Notes under the pieces: model-generated
Database searches by the model: none
Seen by the model: the letters and a program-made list of their open reading frames with translations, nothing else
Told to the model about the DNA's origin: nothing
Translations under genes and position numbers: made by a program
Shown: positions 1 through 20,279 of the stretch, piece after piece
Layout of the letters: every line of letters begins with the position of its first letter
Position numbering within the stretch: position 1 is the stretch's first letter
Assembly (NCBI GenBank): GCA_963693365.1
Contig: CAVNZM010000014.1
Location: 186,001 to 250,000, forward strand
Length of the DNA stretch: 64,000 nucleotides
Direction: 5' to 3'
Origin: Amoebidium appalachense
Taxonomy: Eukaryota; Protista; Ichthyosporea

Positions 1-320
1 TGCTTTCCCTCTCCCTCTCTTCTCCCCCCCTCTCCCCCCCCCCCCCCCCCCCCGCCCCCTCCTCCTCCTCCCGCACATATACACACAACAGCAACCCCCT
101 ACTCTTTCACACCCTATTTAAATCCTACAGACTAGAGATTGCCTGGATCCCACCCACATCACATCTCTTGTTCTCCACTTGCGAATGAGCTCTGCCTCCC
201 CACCCCCCCTCCCCCCCCCCCCCCCCCCCCCACCCCATCATTACTTGATACTATTTATGTAAATATTTTCAATTAATTTATGTAAATATTTTCAATTAAT
301 TTTTCACTTTTTTGAATCAG

Positions 321-9311
<8,991 letters not shown>

Positions 9312-10828
9312 GTGAATGCGAGGTTAGAAGAAATGTGTATTGTTAGTAGTATATTATTTTTTACGGATCTTTAGTACATGTACATAGCCTATATACCGCA
9401 AGGTTGTCTTTTCTTCTTTTTTAATTTTTTTTTTAAGGCTTTCTCACTGTTATGAGTGTAATATTGAGCGATATATTTAAGCATATATGAACGAATGATA
9501 TGTAGCAACGGCGTTTTTCCAGCCACTGCAATAGATGCCAGCAATCACTTTGTTTTCGAATGCCACAGAAAGAAAATAAAAGTGTAGCATGCTGTACACT
9601 TCTCTATCGGCTCGCCCACCAAACTCAGGGGGGAAGGAGAGGGGGGGAAGGTGAGGTGGAGGGACACGTGGAACCTCAGGTGTGGGGTGATGTGATAATG
9701 CTCGTAGATATTCATTGTTATTTGATGCGATTCCATCTTCTTTGCATTGTTTGGTGAGATCCGGTACAACGAGGGTCTGAGGTGGTTTGATTCACATCTT
9801 TCGATCAGAGTTGCCACGATGGACAGTGGGATGGAACCCCCTTCCCCTTCTCCCCCCTTCCCTCCCTGCCCGGCAAGCAGCTGAGCTTAAGCTCCTACAC
9901 GTGTGTCAATAAGACAACCCTACAGCTGTCTAGCTGTGCCACGAAAGCACAAGTGTACGCGTACATGGGCACCTATGATACACAAGAGACGTGCACGGTA
10001 CCTGCACCCGCCGGTTACACACAAAAACATCGCCGGCAACTAACGTTAATACTATGTGCAAAAGCGCCACCAACGTTGATTTCGCCGAATGCACTCATAA
10101 TTATAACGATACTTGCGCTACCAAATGGCAACACATGCGCGCGCCAGCACATACACAGCTAGCCAAGCCTCTTTAAAGATCACGGTACACACTCAGCCTA
10201 GGCTACTTATACGTGTGTAAGTGCCCACATACATGTTATGCCCACCAGCAGTCGTGCACATCTGTAAGTGCCTGCTTCCTACTGTGCTCTTCTCTCACCT
10301 CACAATAAGAGCAAACCCAAGCAGCCTCTAGTTATAGGTTGCCACAGTGCAATGAATAGTACTATAAAGACGTACGTGTGTATACCCTAAATAGAGATGA
10401 AGATTGTGACATGGAACATGGCCAGCAACAACACAAAACTATTGACAACCCGAAAGTGTGACCAAGCACTGTCTCCTCAGACCTTGCACCCGGCAACCGA
10501 GTTTCCAGTTCAACAGGGACATAGCCCCAAATATATATATTTGTGAGCACCAGGCCCATAGTTCGGGTGCACTCATCCAAGAGTCATCTTCACCCATATA
10601 TATATGCGCAAAATATACTTCAGCCCACCGGCCATATAGCCACAGTGGAATATCGGACCCATGGACAGGTCTCATACGTGGGGCCAAATGGCCGGGCCTC
10701 CCTGCCTGCAGGGTGCCCTATACGTGCGTAGCTTCATCAGTAAAATCAACATTCAAAAACGAAACAATACATGTATAATGACTATTAATCTCCAACCTAC
10801 GAAAATCATATCCACTCAAGATCCAGAT

Positions 10829-11548
10829 CTATGCCTGGCCAACGGTGATGGTAGGTATTGTAGCAGTGCGCGGGGCCATGCATGCCTTGTGTGCAAGCAC
10901 CTCCTCCCTCAGGCCTGCCAGCATGTCCTGCAGTTTCTGCACCTCACTGTGCAGCGCCCTGTTTGTGTCCTCCAGCCCATCTGTCAACTCCTTCAGCTGT
11001 GAAAACCGATCCATCTTCTTTCTGCGGCACTTGGATGCAGCTGCACGGTTCTGTGCGCGCCTGCGCTCTCTCTTCTCCTCAGGTGTGAGCTCGCCGCGGC
11101 GAGGTCTGCGGGATCTAACTGTTTCGCGCTGGTCAGAGGGGGAGGGAAGACCATAGCTGTCGCCAAAAAACGATTGTGTGTCGCTGAAAATATCCATTGT
11201 GTCTGTGGGGCTCGTACAGTCACTCAACGCGCTCGCAGACGCGCTCACGGTCAGCGGTGCTAGTGTCTCGGGCACGGCACGTGTGTCTGTGCCGTAAAGA
11301 TAGGAACCGTGCACGGGTACGCGTGTAGAATCCATGACGGGCTCTGGTAGTGCTGTTTCACTGTGTGCCTCCTGCAGTTGTTTTTCAAACTCGTTAAAAA
11401 GTTTGTCTGGTGAGAACTCGGAGGGTGTAACAAAAAATGGGTTTGTCTCTGTGAGGTAATCAACAGCCGCGTTGACAACTGCTGTGGGTATGCGGTCCTC
11501 TGAAATACCGGGCGCCCCCAAGTTCAACGTTAGCCTGCGTTCAACCAT
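10829..11548 (-). CDS. bZIP transcription factor, Fos/ATF3/JDP2-like, single exon
   Basis: 239-aa ORF with basic region EEKRERRRAQNRAAASKCRRKK, a heptad leucine zipper and the L..H..C ending typical of Fos/ATF3 zippers. Confidence 0.9.
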   Translation of the reverse strand: MVERRLTLNLGAPGISEDRIPTAVVNAAVDYLTETNPFFVTPSEFSPDKLFNEFEKQLQEAHSETALPEPVMDSTRVPVHGSYLYGTDTRAVPETLAPLTVSASASALSDCTSPTDTMDIFSDTQSFFGDSYGLPSPSDQRETVRSRRPRRGELTPEEKRERRRAQNRAAASKCRRKKMDRFSQLKELTDGLEDTNRALHSEVQKLQDMLAGLREEVLAHKACMAPRTATIPTITVGQA

Positions 11549-11611
11549 TTTGTTTTCGTTGTTTTTTGACTTTCACTGTTACACGATAGAAGATAAACTA
11601 AACCGTTTTTG

Positions 11612-11679
11612 TGTGCGTCACCGATTATATACTGGGAGTCGTCTGAAAGTGATTGGGTTTTTGTTACATCGCTGAGTCA
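11612..11679 (-). promoter_or_regulatory. Probable bZIP core promoter with TATA-like, CCAAT and AP-1 sites
   Basis: On the minus strand: TATATAA at ~11624-11630, CCAAT at ~11652-11656, perfect AP-1 TGACTCA at 11673-11679 and TGACGCA at 11614-11620, all 65-130 bp upstream of the ATG. Confidence 0.55.
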
Positions 11680-12974
11680 ATCCCCAGGAGCGACTTATAA
11701 CCGCGTGATTTGCATCGAATCTGATCGTGTTTTGTTTAAAGTTGTGTGAACCAACCGAAAGCTAGGGCTAAACAAATATAGGACACAAATGTTAAGCGTT
11801 TCGTCTTTTGATATTTGATAAAGTATGCAGCACATTTTTTTTTCTAATAAGAAAGAAAAAAAAAGGGAAAGTTTAGAAAATAGATGTGGTGAACTACTTT
11901 TGAAACAACAACTTTTCTTTAACTGATCAAGAGTCACCTGACCTTTCTGACCAATCCATAAAGTTCCAGGGTCACTAACAAATACCGGCGAATTCATTCC
12001 AAGGGTCAAACCTTGGCCCCAGCTCAGCCAGCCTCGGGCCCTCGGCCCTTAAAAAAAAAAAAAAAAGTATTGACAACTACTGTGCGTAAATCAGTAAACA
12101 TATGATTATTGTTTTGTATTTAATAACCCTTATAACTAAATTTTTATATATTTGTGTAAATTATGAATTTGTCCTGGGTGTGCAACTTGCAAGCGAAAGT
12201 ACGATGAGCCACGTTAACACATGCATGGTTTTCATTGGTTCTTTGTGACGTAAATCGGTGTCATTGTCCAAGGACCAGGGCTGCAACAAAAAATTATGAT
12301 GCTGCTTTACGCTTGAAGACGCCGAGTACAGCTTACAAGTAGGTATCCAAATCCTTATAGTACTTGATAAACCTATTTCTAGTATTCCATGTATCTTGAT
12401 TCCTAAGCTACTGTGGTGCTCGGCGCTTTACCTAATACGGAAACTCAGATCTAGACAAGCTGAAGGCTAGATCAAAGCGCAAAGCAGCAATTCCTTTGCC
12501 GTGACGTCTATCCAATCCATTAAATTGACATAAACGCAATTTGATTGGTCGCCTAAAAGGGCACTAACCATATATGGCTAACACTGAACAATGCACTGAT
12601 TGGTCGCCCTGACAAGGTCCGGAAACCCGCGGCCGAAGTCACTAGGCCAGGCTCCTACTCTGTCCGGAGTAGGAGGCCCTGGCCGAAGTCCGACGAACCT
12701 CCTGAGTCCCCAGCTGGCACACATCCACGGCCAACAAGCACGCACGCACGTGCACGTGAAACGCATGTCACAGAAGACCCGTGTGGATCCGGATACATTC
12801 ACGACCGGTGCCACATATATCTGAATACAGTATTCAGACAGCTCACGCCGTCAGCTCACACATTTGATCGTCCGAACATATTGGCAGGGTTCCACACGTG
12901 TGTGCACGCACATGTATATGCACACAATGTGTATGCACACACGCACACACACATGTACACACGTGCACACACAT

Positions 12975-13024
<50 letters not shown>

Positions 13025-13492
13025 GGTACTCTCTCGCCCACAGTTAGATCTCGCTCTCTTTCTCCCCACACCTAGGCTGTCTCTCGCCTCAATCATGCAC
13101 ACTGCGCACATGCGCACGTGCACACACACATCACGCCCACACAGGTCCGCACTGTCACACACACGTGGCACACTGGCACACACAAACGTCAAATACAAAC
13201 ACACATCTATGGCGGTGTGCACACACACACACACACACAGACGCACGCACGCATGCACCGTGACGCACGCACGGACGCACGCACACATATGAAACCGCGC
13301 ACATAAAAGCCAATTCCTGAACTTAGCAGTACAAACAACAAAACGTCGACGTCTACTACACATGCGCCGGTACCGGTACCATGCAGCAACCACATGGCAT
13401 TGCACAAACACACATTTATTTATTCGACACATCACACACACATCACTCATTCACACACGCACGGGCCGCATGCACACACACACACACACAGT

Positions 13493-13536
<44 letters not shown>

Positions 13537-13664
13537 TAACAATCCACACAAACAACACGCACACGCACACGCGCGCAGACACACACGAGCAGTAACACGA
13601 TTGACAACATTCTCGGGCCCATCCCATGATTTGAAGCGCTGATACGGAACAAATATACTATTGG

Positions 13665-13717
<53 letters not shown>

Positions 13718-14253
13718 ACTGTCGTAGGCGTGAAAGACCTACCGAAAATTACTGTGCTTGACTTCATGTTTGATTAACTCTGGCGAGTTTCTACTGTTGC
13801 AAAAGTGTATGGATTACCTGGACAAAAAATTATTACAATCTCATAATACTGACCAATATGTAAGGTGCGCCTAAAAACAAACCGAAAAATCGAGAAGGGG
13901 AAAAAAAAAAAAAAAAAAAAGAAAATTAAAAACGTAAAATCGTTGTATCTCCACAAATAATATCGTGTACGTTATATCTCCACATCAGGCTAGTTTCAAT
14001 GCTATTACATCGTTATCTACATGTGTATCCTTTGGGGTGGAAGTACTGTTGCCGCCTTGGTGCTGACACATCATCACACATACACTGTCGTTACTACAGC
14101 ACATTCCCACTGAGGTGGTAAGCTAAGTAAGGGAAAGGGGGGGAGGGGGGGGGGGGGGAGGGGGGGAACACTACCTCTAGCTAGGGTTAGCATGGAGGGG
14201 GGGGGGGGGGGGGGGGGGGAGGGAGGGGGGAGGGGAGGGGGGGGGGAGGGGAA

Positions 14254-14301
<48 letters not shown>

Positions 14302-14419
14302 CTGGGGATAGGATCATTCAAGGGGGCTTTTTGGTATTTCCTCCCTCTCCCGCCTATCCCCCCCTCCCCACCCCCCCCCTCCCTCCCCTTCTCCCCCACC
14401 CCCCCCCCCCCCCCCTCTC

Positions 14420-14875
14420 CCACCCCCTCCCCCCCTTTTCTTACCAGTATTGAAGTAATTGTTGTTAGATTTCAAAATTGGTAATATCCAGATTGCTTTG
14501 TATCCGAGGGTGGAGGAATAACGTTTGTGTGTTGATAATCGCAAGTTGGCTATGCATGAATGACATGCCATGTGTGCACGTGGCCAGGTCGAATGCCCAT
14601 ATTGGTTGTGGCATCTAGAATAGAATCTAGAATAATCCATGGACAATTAATCACTCGTACATGTGTTCTCCAAGACACGTGGACTATACACTCGTACGTG
14701 TTTCCGCCTGCATGGCTGTAGCTCACAATTTGGTGAATGCTTAACCCCATAGCTAATACGTGATTATACATGATGGTGAAGTTCTAGAAATTCCACCTTT
14801 GAATTATCGTTTTTGGTATATCCCTTTGGAATCCGACATCCGATGAAGCTATATACGGTTTTTTTGAATTTGAAA
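14420..14875 (-). pseudogene. Possible degenerate Penelope-like RT thumb fragment
   Basis: Broken frames give SKVEFLELH, VINCPW..DSILDATTNMGI..GHVH and LRLSTHKRYSS, which are collinear with SVPYLDLH, IVRFPHHDSFISRTAKYGIMTSQMH and LAKTLLNKGYS of the 30150-32999 ORF. Flanked by C and G homopolymers. Confidence 0.35.
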
Positions 14876-15235
14876 TCGGGGGGGGGGGGGGGGCACCTGC
14901 TCGAGGAGCCTGGTGGTGGTCCCTCCCCTCCCCCTCCCCAAGCTGCTGGGGGGGGGGGGGGGGGGGGGGGAGAATACGGGGAGTTAGAAGATTTTGAGAT
15001 CGAGAAAGTGTGCCACACGTGTGTGCGCGTGCATCATGATATGTCACCACATACCATCGTGAGTCTGCGTGTGTATGATGTGTGTGCCTGCATGCGCATG
15101 TGTGTGTGCCTGCGCGCACGAGTTGCAATTCTGTTTTTGTCCTGTCTATCTGGTTTATACTGTGCGTGCGCGTGCCCGCACGCGCGCGTGCATGTGTGTG
15201 CTCACTGTGGATGTGTGCGTGTGTGCGGGCGCCGC

Positions 15236-15297
<62 letters not shown>

Positions 15298-15798
15298 CGT
15301 GCGTGTGTGCGTGCGTGCGGGCGTGCGTGTGTGACTCACGTTGTGTGCCACGGTGTGTGCGTGTGCCAGTGTGTGACATGTACATACAGTAGCAGGGAAT
15401 GGCATGCTGATTTGAACGTGCACGGTTTAGTGATGGCTAAGGGGATGCTATGATGTCGTGTCTTGTCCGAGTGCATGCACCATGGCCAAGATAATTGATA
15501 CCAACAAGGTGACGTATATGTAGAGAAGGTGCCAATGCATTTATGTTTTCAAGTTGATATCCAACTACATACCAATTATCATCATTTTTGGGCCGATTCC
15601 TCCTCCCCTCCCCCCCTCCCCATGGGTGGTGGTGGTGGTTGGGCCCGGGGGGGACCCACCTGCTCGGAGGGGTGGTGGCCCCCCGCCCTCCCCCTCACTG
15701 TAGTGGGCCTCCCCCCCCCCCCCCCCCTCCCCCCCAAAAACTTACTCCCCCTCCCCGTTTCAATATATAGCTAGGACCAAGGAACCTTAAACCAACCT

Positions 15799-16057
15799 CC
15801 GTATCTACCATTTTAAACCCGATCGAGGTTGATCCGATCGAGGATTTCAAATGGGCCTGGTGCGGCTTGTGTATCTCTCGAATCTATCGATTACATTTAC
15901 GCAATCGAGGGTGTGACGTCATCTGGGCCTCTTTTTACGTCACACCCTCGATTGCGTAAATGTAATCGATAGATTCGAGAGATACACAAGCCGCACCAGG
16001 CCCATTTAATAACCTCGATCAGATCAACCTCGATCGGGTCTCAAATGGTAGATACGG
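15799..16057. mobile_element. Foldback/MITE-like element with 121-bp inverted arms and 4-bp TSD (ACCT)
   Basis: Arms 15799-15919 and 15937-16057 are near-perfect reverse complements (CCGTATCTACCATTT...AAATGGTAGATACGG) around a 17-nt loop. ACCT lies at 15795-15798 and 16058-16061. Confidence 0.85.
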
Positions 16058-16390
16058 ACCTTGCTTTAACATTCTAGACCCCGCTACCCACAGTAATATA
16101 TTTGCCTGGTATCTCAAAAGTGAGTGACCCCTTATAAGTGGCTGGTGTTCTTAAGGTGGACGGTATCTCTATCATTGTAAGTGTGCAGGCTTCAAGTTGG
16201 TAAATGTTACTGGCAATGTGTTTGATGGTGTCCGAGGTGCAACCGTGGACTGAACCGCAAAAAAACAGAAACTATTAATATCAAAAAGCTAAGCGCTACT
16301 AATAACAATAATATTATCTCGTTGTGTCTATGGCGATTGCACTACATATCCATTCTTGGCCGTGTCTGACGCCCCGCAAAAAGATCATCC

Positions 16391-16678
16391 ATGTACGTTT
16401 CATATGCGCAGCAGATGAAAGATGTTTCACGGATCACTTCGGGCGCAGGCAGCCGGGCGGCCCATGACGTCACGGGCCGCGGCGTCAGGCGCAGCCGCAG
16501 CGGCGGCTGACATCGGTCTGGCGCAGCGTGTACACAGCGCCTGACGTCAGGCGCCACCAGCGCCGGTATTTCCGGCGCAGCACACTGCAGATGCAGGCCA
16601 CCTTCGTTTTCGCCGTGTGCTGCACGTACGGTTTTTGTTAGCACGATTGCGTTTTCGGTGGCTAGCACACGGCGGCTC
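16391..16678 (+). repeat. Ngaro direct repeat A1
   Basis: Matches 21544-21820 except for an 11-bp insertion and a substitution. Contains TGACGTCA at 16465 and 16542. Confidence 0.95.
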
Positions 16679-16682
16679 AAGT

Positions 16683-16755
16683 ATGGAAGTAGACCCAACA
16701 GACAATGGCCCTGCAGCACAGGCAGGGCAGGAGGCGCGCCCTCCTGTGCAGGACG

Positions 16756-16800
<45 letters not shown>

Positions 16801-17862
16801 TTGCCCTGACCCCTGAGCTGGCAGCGACCATTCGCATGTTTGCTTCTGAGGTGGCCAACGCGACCCGTCAGGCCCTGCAGGCCAGCCCGGCCCCCCCTTC
16901 CCAGCAAGATCTTCTCCTGCGCGCCTTCCCCCACCTCGTCAACCTTGGCGGGGGCGGAACCGGTAGGAACCCCCCTGTCACGGGGCCCCCTGCCGCTGCG
17001 GCGGGGGCCGTGGATGCTGTAGAGCAACCCCCCGGCAACGCCAACAAGCGCCCCCGTCGAGGAGGACCCTCAGGGCGGCGACATGCACCAGCTGCCTCCG
17101 CCGCCCAATGCCCTGCAACTGGCCGTTTGGGGGGCCAGCCAGCGCAGCCAGTCGAACCCACCCTGCCCCCACCTGTCCCCGGAGGTCCGGGGGGCTGCCA
17201 TCTTCGAGCCTATGTAGCATTTCGCTTTACTCGACCTGCTGCCGCCCACGGGCTCTTCTGTCCACACGCAGCGCCAGCCGGTTTCCCTGCCTGGCCTGCC
17301 TGCTGGCACGGTTGTGCTGCAGACGCCTGGCACCCAGCGCCAGCCCGCCCTGTGCCCGGACCTGCAGACCTACCTGCGCTGCATCTTGCAGCTGCTACGC
17401 CTACGCATCAACGCCGACGCCCCCGTCACGGCCCTGCTGGCCCACGCCGAGTTTGTGGCCACTGAGTTGGCACCCGAGTACCAGTGGGCTGCCATCATGC
17501 GCTGGGAGGATGCACACCGCCGGTCGTGCGCTGCCTCTGGCCGCCCACTCGACGCACCCGACGCTGTGCAGCTGGCCGTGTCCCTGTCTGGTGCCCGCCT
17601 GCACCAGGCACCCACCGCTCCCCGCACACCCCGGCAGCCTGCCTCTGGGGGGGCCACAGCCAGCCCTCGCGCCAGCCCGGCCCCTGCTGCGGATGAGATA
17701 TGCCGGGGCTTCAACACGGCCAAGGGCTGCACCAGGAAGGGACCCAACCCTTGCCGCTACAAGCACGCCTGCCTGAAGTGCGGCTCAGCGGCGCACGGCG
17801 CACACGCCTGCCCTCCCAACCCAGCCAACGGGGCGGGGGAAGGGGGGGCCAACCCGGCTTAG
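16683..17862 (+). pseudogene. Ngaro ORF1 (gag-like), disrupted
   Basis: Starts MEVDPT, has a (CAG)13 poly-Q at 16758-16796 and ends in CRGFNTAKGC..PCRYKH-ACLKCGSAAHGAHAC zinc fingers typical of DIRS/Ngaro gag. A continuous reading needs a frameshift near 17050 and passes a TAG at ~17214. Confidence 0.75.
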
Positions 17863-19580
17863 GGGGCCCAGCCCCCTTTCGGGCAGGGGCTGACGTCCGC
17901 GCTGGGCCTGCCCTCTCCGTTGCCCTGCGGGGCCCATGGTCGCCCCCCCCAGCGGCACCACCACAGACCGTATCTGTCCCCAACTTCCGCCGTTTGTTTG
18001 AGTTGTTTCCGCACCCCGACAGTGCGTTTCAGCAGGCTCTGCTCCGCGACTTAGAGCTGGGCTTCTCGGTCGGTTACTTCGGCGAGCGGGTCACCCGGGT
18101 GGGCCGAAACCACCCGTCCGCGCTGGCGGCCCGTGAGCAGCTTGCAGCCGACATTGCGAAGGAAGTGGCATGCGGCCACATCCTGGGCCCCTTCACCCGC
18201 GACGAGATGGTGGCCCTTTATCCTTATTTTGTATCCTCGCCCCTCGGGGCAGTTCCCAAAAAGGGCGGCACGGGCGTCCGCCGCATCCACGACCTTTCCT
18301 TCCCGCGTGGCTCCAGTATCAACGATGGGGTCGATTACCCGGATCAGCTGGAGTACATCACCATCCGCACGGTGATGCAAACAGTAGCTCGGCTCGGCCA
18401 GGGCTGCTTCCTCGGGGCATACGACGTGAAGGGTGCCTTTCGTCACGGCCCGGTGCACCCAGACGACCAGCCACTGCTGTCGTTCCAGCTGCTAGGCGCG
18501 TTCTATGTGGAGACCCGCCTACCGTTTGGCTTGCGGTCCAGCCCAGCGTTCTGGGAACGCATAGCTCAGGCCCTGCAGCACTTCGCCCACGCCCTCAACG
18601 CCACAGAGACACAGCATTTTGTGGACGACTTCTTTTTCGGCGGCCGTACGGTGCAAGAGTGCGCCTTCAACATGCTGGTGTTTCGGTGGGTGTGCTCGAA
18701 GGTGGGTGTTACGCTTGCCGACGACAAAGTGCAGCTGCCCTCACACACGCTCATCTACTCTGGGCTCGAGTGGGACACTCTGCGCATGGAGGCCCGCTTA
18801 CCTGCCGTCAAGCTGACCGAGCTCCGGGCCCTGCTAGCCGATTGGCGGGGTCGCACCAAGGCCACTGTTCGAGACCTACGGTCCCTGTGCGGCAAGCTCA
18901 TGTGGTGTGCTCAGGTTGTGGCGCTGGGGCGTGCCCGTGCCTTTCTTCAACGCTTGCTTCATCTGCTGGCGGAGGCTGAGAGGGCCGGCCTAGGGCCCCA
19001 CCACCACATCCGTGTCTGCGCCGACGCACGAGCCGACGTTGTGCTGTGGTCGGAGTTCCTCCCCGAGTGGAACGGCATACGTGTGCTTACCCCCCCCGTG
19101 CATCACATGTTCACCACAGATGCGGCCGGCAGCATAGGATGCGGTGGCTACTGGGGTCAAGCGTGGTTTCACCTAGCATGGACGGACCATTGGCGCACGG
19201 TCATTGCTGGCGGAGATGTGTGGGCTTCCGTGCTGTTTGAGCTGGCTGGCATTGCCGTGGCCCTGGCCTGTTGGGGTCCCAGCTGTCGCAACAGCCACAT
19301 ACGCGTGCTCACCGATAACGACGGTGAAGTATCTACGATCGCGTCCCGTCACTCCCCCGTCCCTGCCATTGCCCGGGTGCTGCGTCTCATCACGCTGATG
19401 GAAATGCGCTACACGGTGCTGGTCTCGGCCAAGCACATCCCTGGCGTGGAAAACTCGATTGCGGATGCCATCTCGCGAGCACAGTGGGCCACTTTCGACC
19501 GGCTGCACCCGTGGCACGCACCAGTCCCAACACCCGCGCCTGAGTGGCTAGCGGGGTGGTTTGCTGCCCCTCTCTCGTGA
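17700..19580 (+). CDS. Ngaro pol: reverse transcriptase + RNase H
   Basis: Motifs SPLGAVPKK, RRIHDLSFP, DVKGAFRH, LPFGLRSSP and HFVDDF (RT), then FTTDAAG, FELAGI, VLTDN and HIPGVENSIADAISR (RNase H). Overlaps the end of gag; the true start is uncertain. Confidence 0.93.
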   Translation: MPGLQHGQGLHQEGTQPLPLQARLPEVRLSGARRTRLPSQPSQRGGGRGGQPGLGGPAPFRAGADVRAGPALSVALRGPWSPPPAAPPQTVSVPNFRRLFELFPHPDSAFQQALLRDLELGFSVGYFGERVTRVGRNHPSALAAREQLAADIAKEVACGHILGPFTRDEMVALYPYFVSSPLGAVPKKGGTGVRRIHDLSFPRGSSINDGVDYPDQLEYITIRTVMQTVARLGQGCFLGAYDVKGAFRHGPVHPDDQPLLSFQLLGAFYVETRLPFGLRSSPAFWERIAQALQHFAHALNATETQHFVDDFFFGGRTVQECAFNMLVFRWVCSKVGVTLADDKVQLPSHTLIYSGLEWDTLRMEARLPAVKLTELRALLADWRGRTKATVRDLRSLCGKLMWCAQVVALGRARAFLQRLLHLLAEAERAGLGPHHHIRVCADARADVVLWSEFLPEWNGIRVLTPPVHHMFTTDAAGSIGCGGYWGQAWFHLAWTDHWRTVIAGGDVWASVLFELAGIAVALACWGPSCRNSHIRVLTDNDGEVSTIASRHSPVPAIARVLRLITLMEMRYTVLVSAKHIPGVENSIADAISRAQWATFDRLHPWHAPVPTPAPEWLAGWFAAPLS

Positions 19581-20279
19581 TGGGGCTGGGCCGAGCCCCC
19601 TCCCCTGTTCCTTTGCCTTCGTATTGGGCTTGGCGTGTGGGTTGTGGGGGGCACCGACACCCCCCCTTCCCCCCTTCCCACTTTGTATATCGCACGAGTC
19701 ATGTTCTGCAGTGGCGGCCGGGGCCGGCCCCCCCCCCCACTACACGAATTCGCTCGGATTCCCTCACTCACCCGGTGGAGTGTTTGGGACAATACATTAC
19801 GGTCTTACGGTGTACACACGGTGTGCCTCTTTGTTCGGTGCTGGCCCGCAGTGCCAACTGCTTGTGGCGTGTCCTGCCCCCCCCCCCCCCCCCCCCCCCC
19901 CCTCCTTCCCTCCCCCCAACCCCCCCAACCCCACCCTGCCACCCCTCCACCCGCCCCTTCGATCGTGCATGCTTAACCTCGGTGTTACACACACAGGCTC
20001 ATACACACACACCCACACACTAGCGCACACACACGCACGCCTACACCGCGGCTTGTGCGCGCATACCCCCCCCTCCCCCTTCCCCCCGCCCTCCCTGCCA
20101 GCGCTGCATGCATCCTCTGCCCTTTAGCTACGCCCCCCCCCCCCCCCCCCCCCCCCCCCCTTGTTTGCCTGCCTGTGCACCCGCTTGCCTGCCGCCCACC
20201 CCGCTCGTTGCCTTTACCCCCCCCCCCCCCCCCCCCCTGGGACTCTAGGCATGATGCTCACACAGCTCTGTCCCTGCAG

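Noticed and set aside
253-298. 23-bp AT-rich tandem duplication (similar 24-bp pair near 37957-38004)
   Set aside because: Ordinary local slippage duplications in introns, with no sign of function.
14894-15690. Shared CACCTGCTCG..AGG..GGTGGTGG motif at 14894 and 15657
   Set aside because: Too short and low in complexity to define an element from this window.
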